DNA of 64,000 nt from a virus (IMGVR_UViG_3300017917_000601:12935-76934), one strand, 5' to 3'. Counted from the stretch's first letter, positions 1 through 9,767 are shown. Notes: a model not told the origin generated them from the sequence alone. Translations and numbers: made by a program.

Positions 1-131
1 AGTGTCCTATCGCTGACACCGTAGTCAGCTAATAGGTCAACGTATCTTTCTGCGGCTACTTCTAGTTGCTTCTTATCAATGTAGTCAGCAAACAATAACC
101 AGATATCACCAATTTGACTTTCATTCAACAT
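1..131 (-). CDS. Hypothetical phage protein downstream of uvsX (5' part only; runs off the window)
   Basis: Manual translation from ATG at 131 (MLNESQIGDIWLLFADYIDKKQLEVAAERYVDLLADYGVSDRT), open to the window edge; overlaps the uvsX end; GAGGAG upstream. Confidence 0.7.
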   Translation of the reverse strand, partial: MLNESQIGDIWLLFADYIDKKQLEVAAERYVDLLADYGVSDRT

Positions 132-1185
132 GTTCTTCATTCTCCTCTGGAACAGTAGTTGTTGTGTTAGATTTGATATGGTATTTTTCCATTATCATAT
201 CTAATTTATCATCTTTCCATTCTTTTCGGTAGAATTTGAACTCTTCTCCAGTCTCTGGATCAATCCACTTGAGTCTGTTACCTTCTTGCTTGAGTAAACC
301 TTCTTTTTCAAACAAGTCTACAAGACCGCTGTATGGATTCATACCTGTTGCGTAAGGAATTTTAACTTGAATGTTTTCAAAAGGTTTAGCATAACGTGTT
401 TTCATGATTTTACATGCGGCACGAATACCGTTTACTTCTGAAACTTTGTTGCCATCTTCGTCTTCTTTTAGTTTCAATTTCTTCATGGCAACCACGATAG
501 AAGATGCGTAAATGAAGCCTTGTCCGCCTGAGATTTTGTCGTCTGGATCAAACATATCTTGGCTAGCGTATGTGTGATTTGTAGCCACCAAGCCAATGTT
601 AAGACTACCAAACATATTAACACAGTTACGAACCAGCGCCGTAAGTGCTTTAGGCTTTCTACCCATATCACCTTTAAGATCTCCTGCTTCGAATTGATTA
701 ACATCAGTTGGTGTTAGCAACATGCCAAGTGAGTCAACAACAAATAATACCTTAGGACGTGATTCCTCTGGCATTTCTTTGTATTCTTTGATGAATTCGT
801 TAATAGTTTTAGCAACGTCATCAATCATAGCCATATTAAGTTTTAACAACTTATCTTCGCTAGTATCAACACCGAGTGCTTTGAGCCATTCTTCGTCAAG
901 AGCGTTTTCGCTATCGATTAGAACAACATAGATACCTTGTTGTTGTGCATGTCGAACGATATTACCGGAACAGATATATGACTTGCCTGCGCCTGACTCT
1001 CCAGCAAATACAGTAACCTTACCTAGAGGAATACCTTTTTGGAAGTCACCGCTGATCAGATAATTTAATGCAAAATTACCTGTTGAAACCCAATCAGTAG
1101 GGTCTGTAAAACCTACACTAAGACCATCAATACTCTTAGTTAATGTCTTACGAAATTTTGATAAATCAAAAGGCTTTGTAGCCAT
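121..1185 (-). CDS. uvsX: RecA-like recombinase (UvsX)
   Basis: Walker A GESGAGKS, IDSENAL, Walker B VVDSLG, ISGGQG; T4-like context next to SSB. Confidence 0.95.
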   Translation of the reverse strand: MATKPFDLSKFRKTLTKSIDGLSVGFTDPTDWVSTGNFALNYLISGDFQKGIPLGKVTVFAGESGAGKSYICSGNIVRHAQQQGIYVVLIDSENALDEEWLKALGVDTSEDKLLKLNMAMIDDVAKTINEFIKEYKEMPEESRPKVLFVVDSLGMLLTPTDVNQFEAGDLKGDMGRKPKALTALVRNCVNMFGSLNIGLVATNHTYASQDMFDPDDKISGGQGFIYASSIVVAMKKLKLKEDEDGNKVSEVNGIRAACKIMKTRYAKPFENIQVKIPYATGMNPYSGLVDLFEKEGLLKQEGNRLKWIDPETGEEFKFYRKEWKDDKLDMIMEKYHIKSNTTTTVPEENEEHVE

Positions 1186-1204
1186 AGTTATTCTCCTAAA
1201 TGAT

Positions 1205-1243
1205 AGCTTGGGCGTAAGAGCTATGTCTCAGAGGCCCAAGGCT
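1205..1243 (-). promoter_or_regulatory. Intergenic stem-loop between SSB and uvsX (no U-tract)
   Basis: CTTGGGC 1207-1213 is complementary to GCCCAAG 1234-1240; ends just upstream of the uvsX RBS (AGGAG). Confidence 0.5.
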
Positions 1244-1249
1244 TATTAA

Positions 1250-2230
1250 TTACTGCTTTTGGCGATTACGAATCATTGCCAAGATATCTTGTGCTCGGCT
1301 ATCACCGCCACTAGATTCTTGTGCTTCTGCTTTTGGTGCTGGGGCAGGAGCTGCCTTTGCTACTGGAGCAGGTTCATCGTCGTAGTTATCGTCTGCTGGT
1401 GCAGATGCTTTAGGAGTTGACTTAACAGGATCGCCAGTATTTTGGCTCATGCCTGCTGGTTTGAAATACTGACCCCAACGTTCCATATCAAATGGTTCGC
1501 CGTCGACAGAAGCTTCAAACATCTCCTTCATTACCTTAAGCTCAACTTCTGTTGGCTTCTTAGGTAGGAAGTCGTTTAGGTTAAACAAACCATATTGCTT
1601 GATAGCGGCTTGTTCTTCGTCACTTAGAGGACGCTCACGACGTGCCCAAGAGCTTGTGCTGTAGTCAGCATAGCCGCCTTTTGAACCTTTCTTCATACGG
1701 AAGTCAAGTCCATGGACATAGTCAGTTGGTAGATCTTCTAGTTCCGGATCAACAAGTGCTGAACGGATCAGTGTAAAGATTTGAGGACCGATGATAAATC
1801 GGCGAATTGGATTTTCAGGCTTTTCTTGTTCTTTCAAGCCATCTTCTGCAACAAATCCTTGGAAAATGTAACTACGCTTCTTCCAATATTTACGACCCAT
1901 ATCTTCAAGAGCTGGGTCCTTAAACCAACCGCGAACCTCGGAGAGGATTGGACAAGTGTCGCCATACATTTCTACGCATGGTACTTGTACGATTGTTTGT
2001 TTGCTTTCAGATTCACCCTTGATGCCAGCAAATGGCAGTTTGATCATTGCACGTTCAACCCAGAAAAAGGTATTGTCTTGGTTGCCGTCGGGTAAGAAAC
2101 GAAGTACGGATTCACCGCCTTCTTTTAGGTTCCAGAACGGATAAATTGAGTTATCACCGCCTGTACGTTCTCCTGAACCTTTTGATTCAGATGCCTTTAG
2201 TTTTGCACGAATTTCAGCCAAAGTTGCCAT
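1250..2230 (-). CDS. 32: Single-stranded DNA-binding protein, gp32-like
   Basis: LRFLPD motif, C-x6-CP, YWKKRSY, YADYSTS; acidic Ala/Pro tail ending DILAMIRNRQ. Confidence 0.9.
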   Translation of the reverse strand: MATLAEIRAKLKASESKGSGERTGGDNSIYPFWNLKEGGESVLRFLPDGNQDNTFFWVERAMIKLPFAGIKGESESKQTIVQVPCVEMYGDTCPILSEVRGWFKDPALEDMGRKYWKKRSYIFQGFVAEDGLKEQEKPENPIRRFIIGPQIFTLIRSALVDPELEDLPTDYVHGLDFRMKKGSKGGYADYSTSSWARRERPLSDEEQAAIKQYGLFNLNDFLPKKPTEVELKVMKEMFEASVDGEPFDMERWGQYFKPAGMSQNTGDPVKSTPKASAPADDNYDDEPAPVAKAAPAPAPKAEAQESSGGDSRAQDILAMIRNRQKQ

Positions 2231-2292
2231 AATTTTTCTCCTATTTTTAGCCTTTGTATATTTGCCTTAGTTGTTGAAGACCTTCTTCAACA

Positions 2293-2324
2293 AAAAACGC
2301 ATACATGTTATTGTATGCGTTTTT
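2293..2324 (-). terminator. Intrinsic terminator-like hairpin overlapping the SSB promoter
   Basis: 13-bp stem AAAAACGCATACA / TGTATGCGTTTTT with a 6-nt loop and T-run. Confidence 0.65.
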
Positions 2325-2338
2325 ATTTAGTTCTGCAA
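2310..2338 (-). promoter_or_regulatory. Sigma70-like promoter for SSB-uvsX
   Basis: Minus strand TTGCAG-N17-TACAAT; a CTAAATA late core lies inside the spacer. Confidence 0.55.
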
Positions 2339-2375
2339 GACTAATCTTGCCTAAAATGTGATTATTTTAGCCGTT

Positions 2376-4646
2376 TTACTTTAGTCCTGCCAAGTGAATA
2401 ATGCTAGCCAATGCTTGATCTTCGGAATAACCTGTTGATTCAGCAAAAGATGGAGCAATACCTTGTACTTGTGTTTCTAATGTTTGAATATCAAATGTTT
2501 CTTGTGTACTTGGTCTAGCTTCAACTCTGTTAATTTGATTATGCTCATTACCACTTGGGTCTTTCATATCAATAAATTTTAATACTTTGATAAGGTCTTC
2601 CGGATTAGCACTACCAAATTCACCGTCTTCAAATGCTTTCTTAACTTTGATCTTAACACGCATTCCGCCTAGTGGGAAATTACCTTTTTCTTTGTTATAG
2701 AATCCAGAAATGTATTTTAGCATACCTGGTAAACCTTGTCCAGCAATAGAAGGTTCATCGTAACCAAAGTCAGCTGGGCTCATTCCACAACCTTCGATAA
2801 TTTCAGCAATAGTCATTTGACTTTCGCCAACTGTTAATACTGTTTCTAAAGTTGCACCTGCTTTCTTAGCTTTTTCAACTGCCTTAGCAAGTCCTTGACG
2901 AGCTAAATGACGAGCTTGGCTATATCCCTGACCGTGTTTTCCTGGAGTTGTTTTCTTACTTGGTTTAGTGTCCGGATCAAACGGAGGATCTTCATCTTTT
3001 CCTTCAGCAACTGGTTCAGCAACTGGTTCTACCGCTGGTTCAGGTGCTTGTGCAGGTGCTTGTGCAGGAGCCATTGCTGCCTGTGTTTCTGGTTCTTGTT
3101 GGCCGCCAGCTTCTCCGCCAAAGTTTAATTGTGCGGCTACATCTGGATCAACTGACTGTACATGTTGCTGTACTAAAGGACGAACATCTAAGTCTGGATC
3201 AACATCACGTAAAGCGTTAACGAACTCTGGATCGTCAATAAGTCCTTTTAAAGACATAATAGCGTTAGTGCCTTCTGGGCCACCTACTAATTCTTGGGCC
3301 ATTAAGGTGTTTAATTTTTCAATTGCCGCACGTCTTGCATCTTTGTTTGGACTAAAAATTTCGTCTTTGTCTTCTCTAACAATGTCATTAATGAATGATT
3401 CAAATTGATCTGCTGGATCAAAACTTTCACGTTCCATGCGAGCATTAAATTCAGCTCTCATAGCTTCTTTTCTGTCTAGATAATTTTGATAACGCTTTTT
3501 GTCTAACTCACTAGCACCATCTTTTTCAGCGGCAGCTTTTAATGTATCGTGCTTATGTTTGTCTAACATACGACGATGTTCTGCACTTACTGAATTAGGG
3601 TTATATGCTTCTTCTACATCTTCTTCGCCTAAAATGTCTTCGGCAGTTAATTCAACAACAGGAAGCTCTGATTCGTCAACAAATTTATAAATGTATGGAA
3701 ATACTGATTTTAATTCTTCGTTGAATGTTTTAATAGTTAATCTGTTAACTAAGTCGTCGACAACTGCTTCCGGAATCATTTGTTCTTCTTGTGCTTCAAA
3801 CGATTCAACAAATGATTCGTAATATGCACTACGTTGTAGATTTTGTACTTGTTTCTTAATCTCTTCAATACGTTCCATTACTCTAGAAGTAACAGCACTC
3901 ATTGCCTCACTTAACTGGTCTTGACGGCTAACATAACCTTTAAACTTGCGTAGACTTGAAAGCTCTTCTGAAAGGCCAGTGATATATTTGCCAACTGAAT
4001 CGTAAGGGTTGCCGCCGTGTTTAATGTGTTCAGCTAATGCTCTAGCACCGTTGATATGCTTCGAAGGATACTTGAAACGTTCTCCTTGTGCATTTTCAAT
4101 ATAAATGCTTTCAATATGCATTGTGCGGCCTGCTGGCAAGTTTGTGTTAACTGCCTGACTGTGCTTGATTACTAATCTAGCTTCGCCTAAGTCTTGGTAA
4201 CTCATTCGAGCATTACCATAAAGTTTATTTTCCATTATCGATGGCATAACTGGTTCTTCCTTACGTTTCGCTTGAAACTCGTAGTCGCGCTTATCAAGAT
4301 TGCTCTTGCCAATATTTTGTACATCAAAATTTAGTAAACGATCCTTGGCAAACTGTCTAAATCCTCTGATGAATTTATAAGCCCCATGGTGTGAAGTGTG
4401 ATCGTCGTCGTTTACTAAATCTCCACTTACTTGCAGTACAATACCGTCTTGTGCGTCTAAAGTAATAGCAATAGTTCCCAAAGGTTCACCATCTTCTTCG
4501 TATTCAAACTCAAAAAAACGTGCTTTAGGAATGTCTTCTTTTTTACTCAAGACATTGGCGTTTTCGTCACCCATGCGGATGTCGCGAAAACGGGTTTGTA
4601 TTTTGCCGTAGAGATCTTTGGCAATTTTATCTAGATTTGCGTCCAT
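2376..4646 (-). CDS. Large acidic hypothetical protein, probable virion/internal head protein (756 aa)
   Basis: Long ORF; ATG at 4646 chosen because ATAAATA lies 4 nt upstream; Glu-rich; C-terminus LASIIHLAGLK resembles the scaffold C-terminus. Confidence 0.65.
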   Translation of the reverse strand: MDANLDKIAKDLYGKIQTRFRDIRMGDENANVLSKKEDIPKARFFEFEYEEDGEPLGTIAITLDAQDGIVLQVSGDLVNDDDHTSHHGAYKFIRGFRQFAKDRLLNFDVQNIGKSNLDKRDYEFQAKRKEEPVMPSIMENKLYGNARMSYQDLGEARLVIKHSQAVNTNLPAGRTMHIESIYIENAQGERFKYPSKHINGARALAEHIKHGGNPYDSVGKYITGLSEELSSLRKFKGYVSRQDQLSEAMSAVTSRVMERIEEIKKQVQNLQRSAYYESFVESFEAQEEQMIPEAVVDDLVNRLTIKTFNEELKSVFPYIYKFVDESELPVVELTAEDILGEEDVEEAYNPNSVSAEHRRMLDKHKHDTLKAAAEKDGASELDKKRYQNYLDRKEAMRAEFNARMERESFDPADQFESFINDIVREDKDEIFSPNKDARRAAIEKLNTLMAQELVGGPEGTNAIMSLKGLIDDPEFVNALRDVDPDLDVRPLVQQHVQSVDPDVAAQLNFGGEAGGQQEPETQAAMAPAQAPAQAPEPAVEPVAEPVAEGKDEDPPFDPDTKPSKKTTPGKHGQGYSQARHLARQGLAKAVEKAKKAGATLETVLTVGESQMTIAEIIEGCGMSPADFGYDEPSIAGQGLPGMLKYISGFYNKEKGNFPLGGMRVKIKVKKAFEDGEFGSANPEDLIKVLKFIDMKDPSGNEHNQINRVEARPSTQETFDIQTLETQVQGIAPSFAESTGYSEDQALASIIHLAGLK

Positions 4647-4656
4647 ACTATATTTA

Positions 4657-6252
4657 TCATAAATTACTTGAAACAAATATGGGTAGCGGAGGCTCCCAAT
4701 CTTCTTCGTGCCCAGAGTTAACGCTTAAACTTTCAAAAACTGCTGGGTCCCAGTCTGCTAAAATAACACTCATACGCACAATTAGTAACAAAGCCGCAAC
4801 AAGGTCATCGTGCTGGCCATCTTTAGCTTTAAAGCTAACTCCGCTTGCAATATAAGTTTTTAATTCGCTGATTAATATTCTACTATTCAGCTTCATCTTG
4901 TCTTCTTCAATAAGGAATTTTAATCTAGCACATGCTGAAATTTTGTTACTAAATGTAGTGTTAAATCCCTTGCGAAACTTACGAACGTGTCCTTTTCTAA
5001 CAGGTTCGCTTACAAATAATCCTGGAAAAGTTTCTTCTCCTAGGTCTTGAATAACAACCAGCGCGGCTTCCCCAACTGTGTTATTTTCTACACTCCAGTA
5101 AAGGTTGTTATTATATCCTGCACCGCATTCAGATTCAATGTATTTTAAAACATCTCTAAATATTTTAACCTGTTGCTGTATTGGTGTAATATTGTGTTGC
5201 CATTCAGCAACTTGTGTAAAACTTGGCAATTCAAATACTTGAATACCTGCATAGTCACCGCCTGTTCCTAAGCATGGATCCAATGCCGCTAGGTAAATTT
5301 GTCCAGGTTGTGGTTTCTTAAACCATCTAACCTGTCCCATTTTAAATACTGGTTCTTTTCCTAACAACTCGCTAAGTTTAATACTGTTGATTAGCGTTTC
5401 ATCAAATACTAAGAATTCGCAACCATACTCTCGGCGGAATCGTTCTTCGCCAATACGACCCATTTCATTTCTTCGCCATTCGTCATCGCGGTCTGGGTGT
5501 TCATGCCATTCTGCTCTAAAACCATGGAAGCCGTTGCGACCGATCAAATCTTCTTTAGCGTTGCCGTATTCGTCAAATAAGTCCTGGCTTTCTTTCCAAA
5601 TTGTAGCAAATGTATCTTCGTCGCTGTTAGGTGTTGATGTAATAATTGCCTTACCACCAGTTGCTAGTGTAGGAGAAATAGAAGTCCAAAACTCTTCGGC
5701 AATGTTAGGCTGTACGAATGCAAACTCGTCGCAGTATAGTAATGAAATAGACATACCACGACCAGTTGTACCAGTTGTTGTTTGACTTACAATACGTGAA
5801 CCGTTATCAAATTCAATTGACCCTTTGTTGTAACTAACAACACCACAACGTATGTAATCAGCACACAATTCATATCCATAACGGATACGTTGCATAATTT
5901 CTTGAGCACCTGTATATTTGTGCGCGGCAACTAATACAGTTTGATCAGGATGAAACATAGCATACCACAACAGGTAACCCGCCGCACAAGTAGTCTTACC
6001 ACTTTGACGTGGCATCATGTTGATGTTAAAGCGATAATCGTGGTATGAATGTAGTAAACGCTCTTGATATTCAAAAGGTTCGAATTTAACTTTACCCCGG
6101 ACCGGATGTTGGATATGAAAGAAGTTTTTAACAAAGTGCATGTACCCTTCTACGGGGTCAGCACACATCAACAAGTCTTGCACTTGTTCTTCTGTAAACT
6201 TTTCTTTGGTATGCGCCTTTTTGGTTAAGACGCCATCTAAACTTTTTGCCAT
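4657..6252 (-). CDS. 17: Terminase large subunit (gp17-like)
   Basis: PRQSGKTT Walker A, LLYCDEFAF Walker B, ITSTPN motif C, nuclease ALDP..G.G.D and HDDLV. Confidence 0.96.
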   Translation of the reverse strand: MAKSLDGVLTKKAHTKEKFTEEQVQDLLMCADPVEGYMHFVKNFFHIQHPVRGKVKFEPFEYQERLLHSYHDYRFNINMMPRQSGKTTCAAGYLLWYAMFHPDQTVLVAAHKYTGAQEIMQRIRYGYELCADYIRCGVVSYNKGSIEFDNGSRIVSQTTTGTTGRGMSISLLYCDEFAFVQPNIAEEFWTSISPTLATGGKAIITSTPNSDEDTFATIWKESQDLFDEYGNAKEDLIGRNGFHGFRAEWHEHPDRDDEWRRNEMGRIGEERFRREYGCEFLVFDETLINSIKLSELLGKEPVFKMGQVRWFKKPQPGQIYLAALDPCLGTGGDYAGIQVFELPSFTQVAEWQHNITPIQQQVKIFRDVLKYIESECGAGYNNNLYWSVENNTVGEAALVVIQDLGEETFPGLFVSEPVRKGHVRKFRKGFNTTFSNKISACARLKFLIEEDKMKLNSRILISELKTYIASGVSFKAKDGQHDDLVAALLLIVRMSVILADWDPAVFESLSVNSGHEEDWEPPLPIFVSSNL

Positions 6253-6266
6253 AACTTTATTTACAT

Positions 6267-6294
6267 AAAAAAAGGGGCCGAAAAGCCCCTTTTT
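6267..6294 (-). terminator. Intrinsic terminator
   Basis: AAAGGGGC-cgaaaa-GCCCCTTT with A/T runs on both sides. Confidence 0.8.
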
Positions 6295-6311
6295 GGTCTA
6301 ATTATTTTTTA

Positions 6312-6836
6312 TTATCTAGACTTAACTTCTTGGTAAAGATTAGAAAGATGTGCAACTAAACTTTCGCTAACACCTGGTTGCATCGGGTTTCCGCCACCGT
6401 TTACTTTTTCAGCTTCTGCGCCTTTGCTTGCTAAGTCGTCGCCGGTTGGTGTTACTGCATCTAAACCTGCTACAGCTTCTTCTGGTTCGTTAGCATATTC
6501 TTCCATGCCGATAACCATTGCTTTGTCAGCATCTCCGCCGCCTTGTTCAATATTCTTAAGAATAGCCATTAGGTCCCGGATGCCGCCGGCGCCGCTGCCA
6601 TTCATGCTAACATTCATAGTTACTGAATCTTGTTGTCTTGGAGCTGACATACCGGCCATAGGGCTCATCATTCCGCCACATTCTTCAACCTCTGTGTCCA
6701 TCAACGGTTGATCAGTAGTTGACATTGTTCCGCCTTCATCCATATCATCGTCAGAATCTTTTTTAGTATAAGAATCTGATGATTCTAGATTTTCATCTAG
6801 TGCGGCAATTTTTTTGTATAAATCTTGGAAGTTCAT
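6312..6836 (-). CDS. Acidic hypothetical protein (possible prohead core/internal protein)
   Basis: 174-aa ORF, Asp/Glu/Met-rich, in the late operon with an RBS. Confidence 0.6.
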   Translation of the reverse strand: MNFQDLYKKIAALDENLESSDSYTKKDSDDDMDEGGTMSTTDQPLMDTEVEECGGMMSPMAGMSAPRQQDSVTMNVSMNGSGAGGIRDLMAILKNIEQGGGDADKAMVIGMEEYANEPEEAVAGLDAVTPTGDDLASKGAEAEKVNGGGNPMQPGVSESLVAHLSNLYQEVKSR

Positions 6837-6841
6837 AATTT

Positions 6842-7375
6842 TTATCCTTTGGCTACAGGAGCCTTATCTGCTAAGAGTTGATCATTAACTCCCTTGTATT
6901 GCTCGCCGCCATGTTTAATCTTGTTTAGGTCTTTTAATAAGCTCATGACTCTTTTTTCGCCTACTGCTTTTTGACCTTCTGCATTTGTTTCGTATTCCTT
7001 CATTAGAAGAGCTTCACCTGACTTTTCATCGTGCTGGTGATTTAAAACTTCTTCTGCTTCTTCCATTGGTGTGCGTACTTTAACGCAATCTAAACTGCAA
7101 CCACACTTCTCAGCAATTAAAGCGCGAACAGTCTGTGAATTAGTTGGGTATGCTGTGCAAACATCAAATATAGTTACGTTTGTATTTTTAATTGTTGGAA
7201 AATCTGAATGTGTTTCTGCAATAGGCAAACGCTTACCAGCAGAGCATTTTTCTACTTTGTATTGAGATAGCGCCATTTTAATTTTGTCGCCAGCTTTTTC
7301 GTAGTCTCCTGCAAGTTTAACTTTAAACTCGTAGACTTTCTTACTTTCTGTTAGATATTCCTTAAATGTTTTCAT
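6842..7375 (-). CDS. Hypothetical protein with a T4 capsid-targeting-sequence-like N-terminus
   Basis: Start MKTFKEYLTES; CAGGA RBS and TAAATA upstream favour ATG 7375. Confidence 0.65.
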   Translation of the reverse strand: MKTFKEYLTESKKVYEFKVKLAGDYEKAGDKIKMALSQYKVEKCSAGKRLPIAETHSDFPTIKNTNVTIFDVCTAYPTNSQTVRALIAEKCGCSLDCVKVRTPMEEAEEVLNHQHDEKSGEALLMKEYETNAEGQKAVGEKRVMSLLKDLNKIKHGGEQYKGVNDQLLADKAPVAKG

Positions 7376-7392
7376 AGCATAATCCTGATACA

Positions 7393-7887
7393 TTATTTAT
7401 TCATATTTTTAAGTTTCTCAATTAGGCTATTACGATCTGCAATAATATACCCATCTCCATTGAGGTTAATTCCGTTTTCTTCGCTAGTATTTGCATCCTG
7501 GTCTAGCTTTTGCTTCTTAATTTGTAGCTCAATCATCTTTAATTTTTTATCAATTTTAGCTGATTTAGCGTCAATGGCATTCTTAAGCATAGTGCCAGCA
7601 ACTTCAAAAATACGAGCACTATAGCGAGCTTCTACGTTCATTCCTAAATCAATTAGGTCATCATACGCATCTGTAGCACGTTGAGCAAGTGAGTCAAACT
7701 CACTATCTGCTAGATCTCCAAGACCTTCTACTTTTGGTAGGGCCGCAGATATTTTATCAAATTCAGAAATATCTCTTAGCAAAGGCTGTGCGTTTGATTT
7801 AGCTTCCTTTTGCTTTTTCTTTTCTTCTGCTTTGATAATTTCTTTACTTGCAGGTAAGTTTAATATTTCTTCAAGTTTCTTAGTCAT
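7393..7887 (-). CDS. Putative terminase small subunit (gp16-like)
   Basis: 164 aa, helical; ARIFEVAGTMLK resembles the R.(Y/F)EV.G..K motif of T4-like gp16; lies near gp17. Confidence 0.5.
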   Translation of the reverse strand: MTKKLEEILNLPASKEIIKAEEKKKQKEAKSNAQPLLRDISEFDKISAALPKVEGLGDLADSEFDSLAQRATDAYDDLIDLGMNVEARYSARIFEVAGTMLKNAIDAKSAKIDKKLKMIELQIKKQKLDQDANTSEENGINLNGDGYIIADRNSLIEKLKNMNK

Positions 7888-7895
7888 AAACGTAC

Positions 7896-8333
7896 TTATC
7901 CGTTTCCATTATGGAACAAATCATTTTCGCTCACAATTCTAAACTTAATTCCCTGTTGTTTGCACCACAAGTTTGCTGCCGCCCACTTTGCTTGGTTTTT
8001 TACAAACTGTGCTTGATTATACTTGTTTTTACCAACACGCTCTAGGATAGCTTGACTTGCAGGTTTAATTTCTATTAACTCAACATGCATTCTGTTATTT
8101 TTATCAACATACTGAATAAAGAAATCAGGCACGTAAATTGTTTGACGCCCGGTTAACGGATCACGGTAAGGTATTTGTACAGCTTCACTTGCCCATTTTT
8201 GTACGCTAGGATTAGTGTCGCAAAATCTCATAAAACTCCATTCCCAGCTACTACGATATGTGGGTACCTTTGTACCTACATACTTTTCTGGGTTGGTCAT
8301 TGTAAACTTACCTTTTGCAAACTTAGTAGCCAT
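7896..8333 (-). CDS. 4: Head completion nuclease (gp4-like, TnsA-type PD-(D/E)xK)
   Basis: YRSSWE..FM..CD, WASE, YVPDF, IEIKP, NQAKW.AA. Confidence 0.9.
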   Translation of the reverse strand: MATKFAKGKFTMTNPEKYVGTKVPTYRSSWEWSFMRFCDTNPSVQKWASEAVQIPYRDPLTGRQTIYVPDFFIQYVDKNNRMHVELIEIKPASQAILERVGKNKYNQAQFVKNQAKWAAANLWCKQQGIKFRIVSENDLFHNGNG

Positions 8334-8698
8334 TACACTAAAATATTTCTACTCTCAAACTCGTTACCAGTCTGTTCAATTCTATAGCCTAATAAACTTG
8401 TATTTTCTCTATAGGCATTTAAGACTTGTGCAACTACTTGACTGAGTTGAACGTCTGTTAATGATTTTAAAGATTCTACTAGTTGAAAAACATTTACATT
8501 GTCTGCTCTTGCCTGATTTAATAAAACAATTCCTGTGCTTCTAGCACTTTGCAGATCAAACCCTTTGCTAAGGAAAAATCCCACAACTGCATCAATTTGG
8601 TTGCTAGGAAAACTTACTTTAGATTGATAAAATTTATCAAAGAATTCTTTTACTTCTAATGTTGAATCTGAGGCAGTAGACGGTAAATTGCTTGACAT
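8333..8698 (-). CDS. Hypothetical protein
   Basis: 121-aa ORF coupled to its neighbours. Confidence 0.7.
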   Translation of the reverse strand: MSSNLPSTASDSTLEVKEFFDKFYQSKVSFPSNQIDAVVGFFLSKGFDLQSARSTGIVLLNQARADNVNVFQLVESLKSLTDVQLSQVVAQVLNAYRENTSLLGYRIEQTGNEFESRNILV

Positions 8699-8702
8699 AT
8701 TA

Positions 8703-9692
8703 TTATCCTAGATTTGCTGGAGTTGCGACAGTTGGATTGTCTTTGTTTGTTGATACGGTAGGAAACTGAAATCCAGTAAGGCCGTTAAGATTTGTAGGTG
8801 TAGCTTGTATTAAACTAACACTACCGGATGTTGCTGGAGATTCTTTATCTTTAGTGTTCTGATATGTGCTTAACTGCTGTGATAAAACACTTACACGCTC
8901 TTGTGATATGTCAGTGCCTTGTTGCGCCAGTGACGGGTTTATTCTCTCACTAGAGCCTGCTCCTACTAAAGGACTTGGTGTTTTGTCGTAATGTTCTAAA
9001 CCAAAACCTTCTGGTTCACCTTCAGTTACTACGCCACTACCATACGCAACAGCTTCGTAAGAAATTTGCATAGTGTTATCGTGGCCGCCGGGTTGACCGT
9101 AATCTACTTTATTATGATTGAAACTTGATATAATTGGATTTTGTAAAGTATAACTGACAAATTCATGTCTAGCCATTTGGTATATGGTAATGTAGTTAAA
9201 AAATGGTTGCGTACTACCGTTATCAAGACCGAATGTATTGTTTATGTAATTAAAATTCTTTGTAGCAGTTCTGTTATAAGCACCTGGTGCAGTAGCTGAT
9301 ATAGGATCAGCATAGTAGTAACTGTAATAGTTTTGCCAAAGTGCGTTAATTAGCCCCATGTTATCGTCATGGAACAGTATGTTAATTGGATTGTATCTAT
9401 GTGTTGTTTGTATGTTCTTTTTTCTGTTATACTGATTAAGTGTTTCAACAGTTACCGTGTAGTTAGGAAGATCAACACTTTTAACTAACACATTAATTTC
9501 ATTTTTATAGCGTTCTACTAGTGCGGGATCTGCAAGAGCATTTCTATTAATACCAAACGACACATGAAAAAGAAATTTGTGTTTAGGAGCAAGCCTAAAC
9601 TGATCATTGACAAATACTCGAGATGCGTGTTGAGGATCTCGAAGTAAAACAGTCGAGGTATTATTGAGAAATGAACTAGGTGTGAATGCCAT
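8703..9692 (-). CDS. Tail-tube-like baseplate/tube initiator protein (gp54/gp48-like)
   Basis: LVKSVDLP...NQYNRK...PINILFHDD tube-fold pattern; directly follows the tail tube gene. Confidence 0.6.
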   Translation of the reverse strand: MAFTPSSFLNNTSTVLLRDPQHASRVFVNDQFRLAPKHKFLFHVSFGINRNALADPALVERYKNEINVLVKSVDLPNYTVTVETLNQYNRKKNIQTTHRYNPINILFHDDNMGLINALWQNYYSYYYADPISATAPGAYNRTATKNFNYINNTFGLDNGSTQPFFNYITIYQMARHEFVSYTLQNPIISSFNHNKVDYGQPGGHDNTMQISYEAVAYGSGVVTEGEPEGFGLEHYDKTPSPLVGAGSSERINPSLAQQGTDISQERVSVLSQQLSTYQNTKDKESPATSGSVSLIQATPTNLNGLTGFQFPTVSTNKDNPTVATPANLG

Positions 9693-9739
9693 AATAATAT
9701 TTATTCAAAGAATAAACTGCGTAGTTAATAGATATCTAT

Positions 9740-9767
9740 AAAAAAGCCCAGTAACCTGGGCTCTTTT
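9740..9767 (-). terminator. Intrinsic terminator after tail tube
   Basis: AGCCCAG-taac-CTGGGCT followed by a T-run on the minus strand. Confidence 0.75.
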
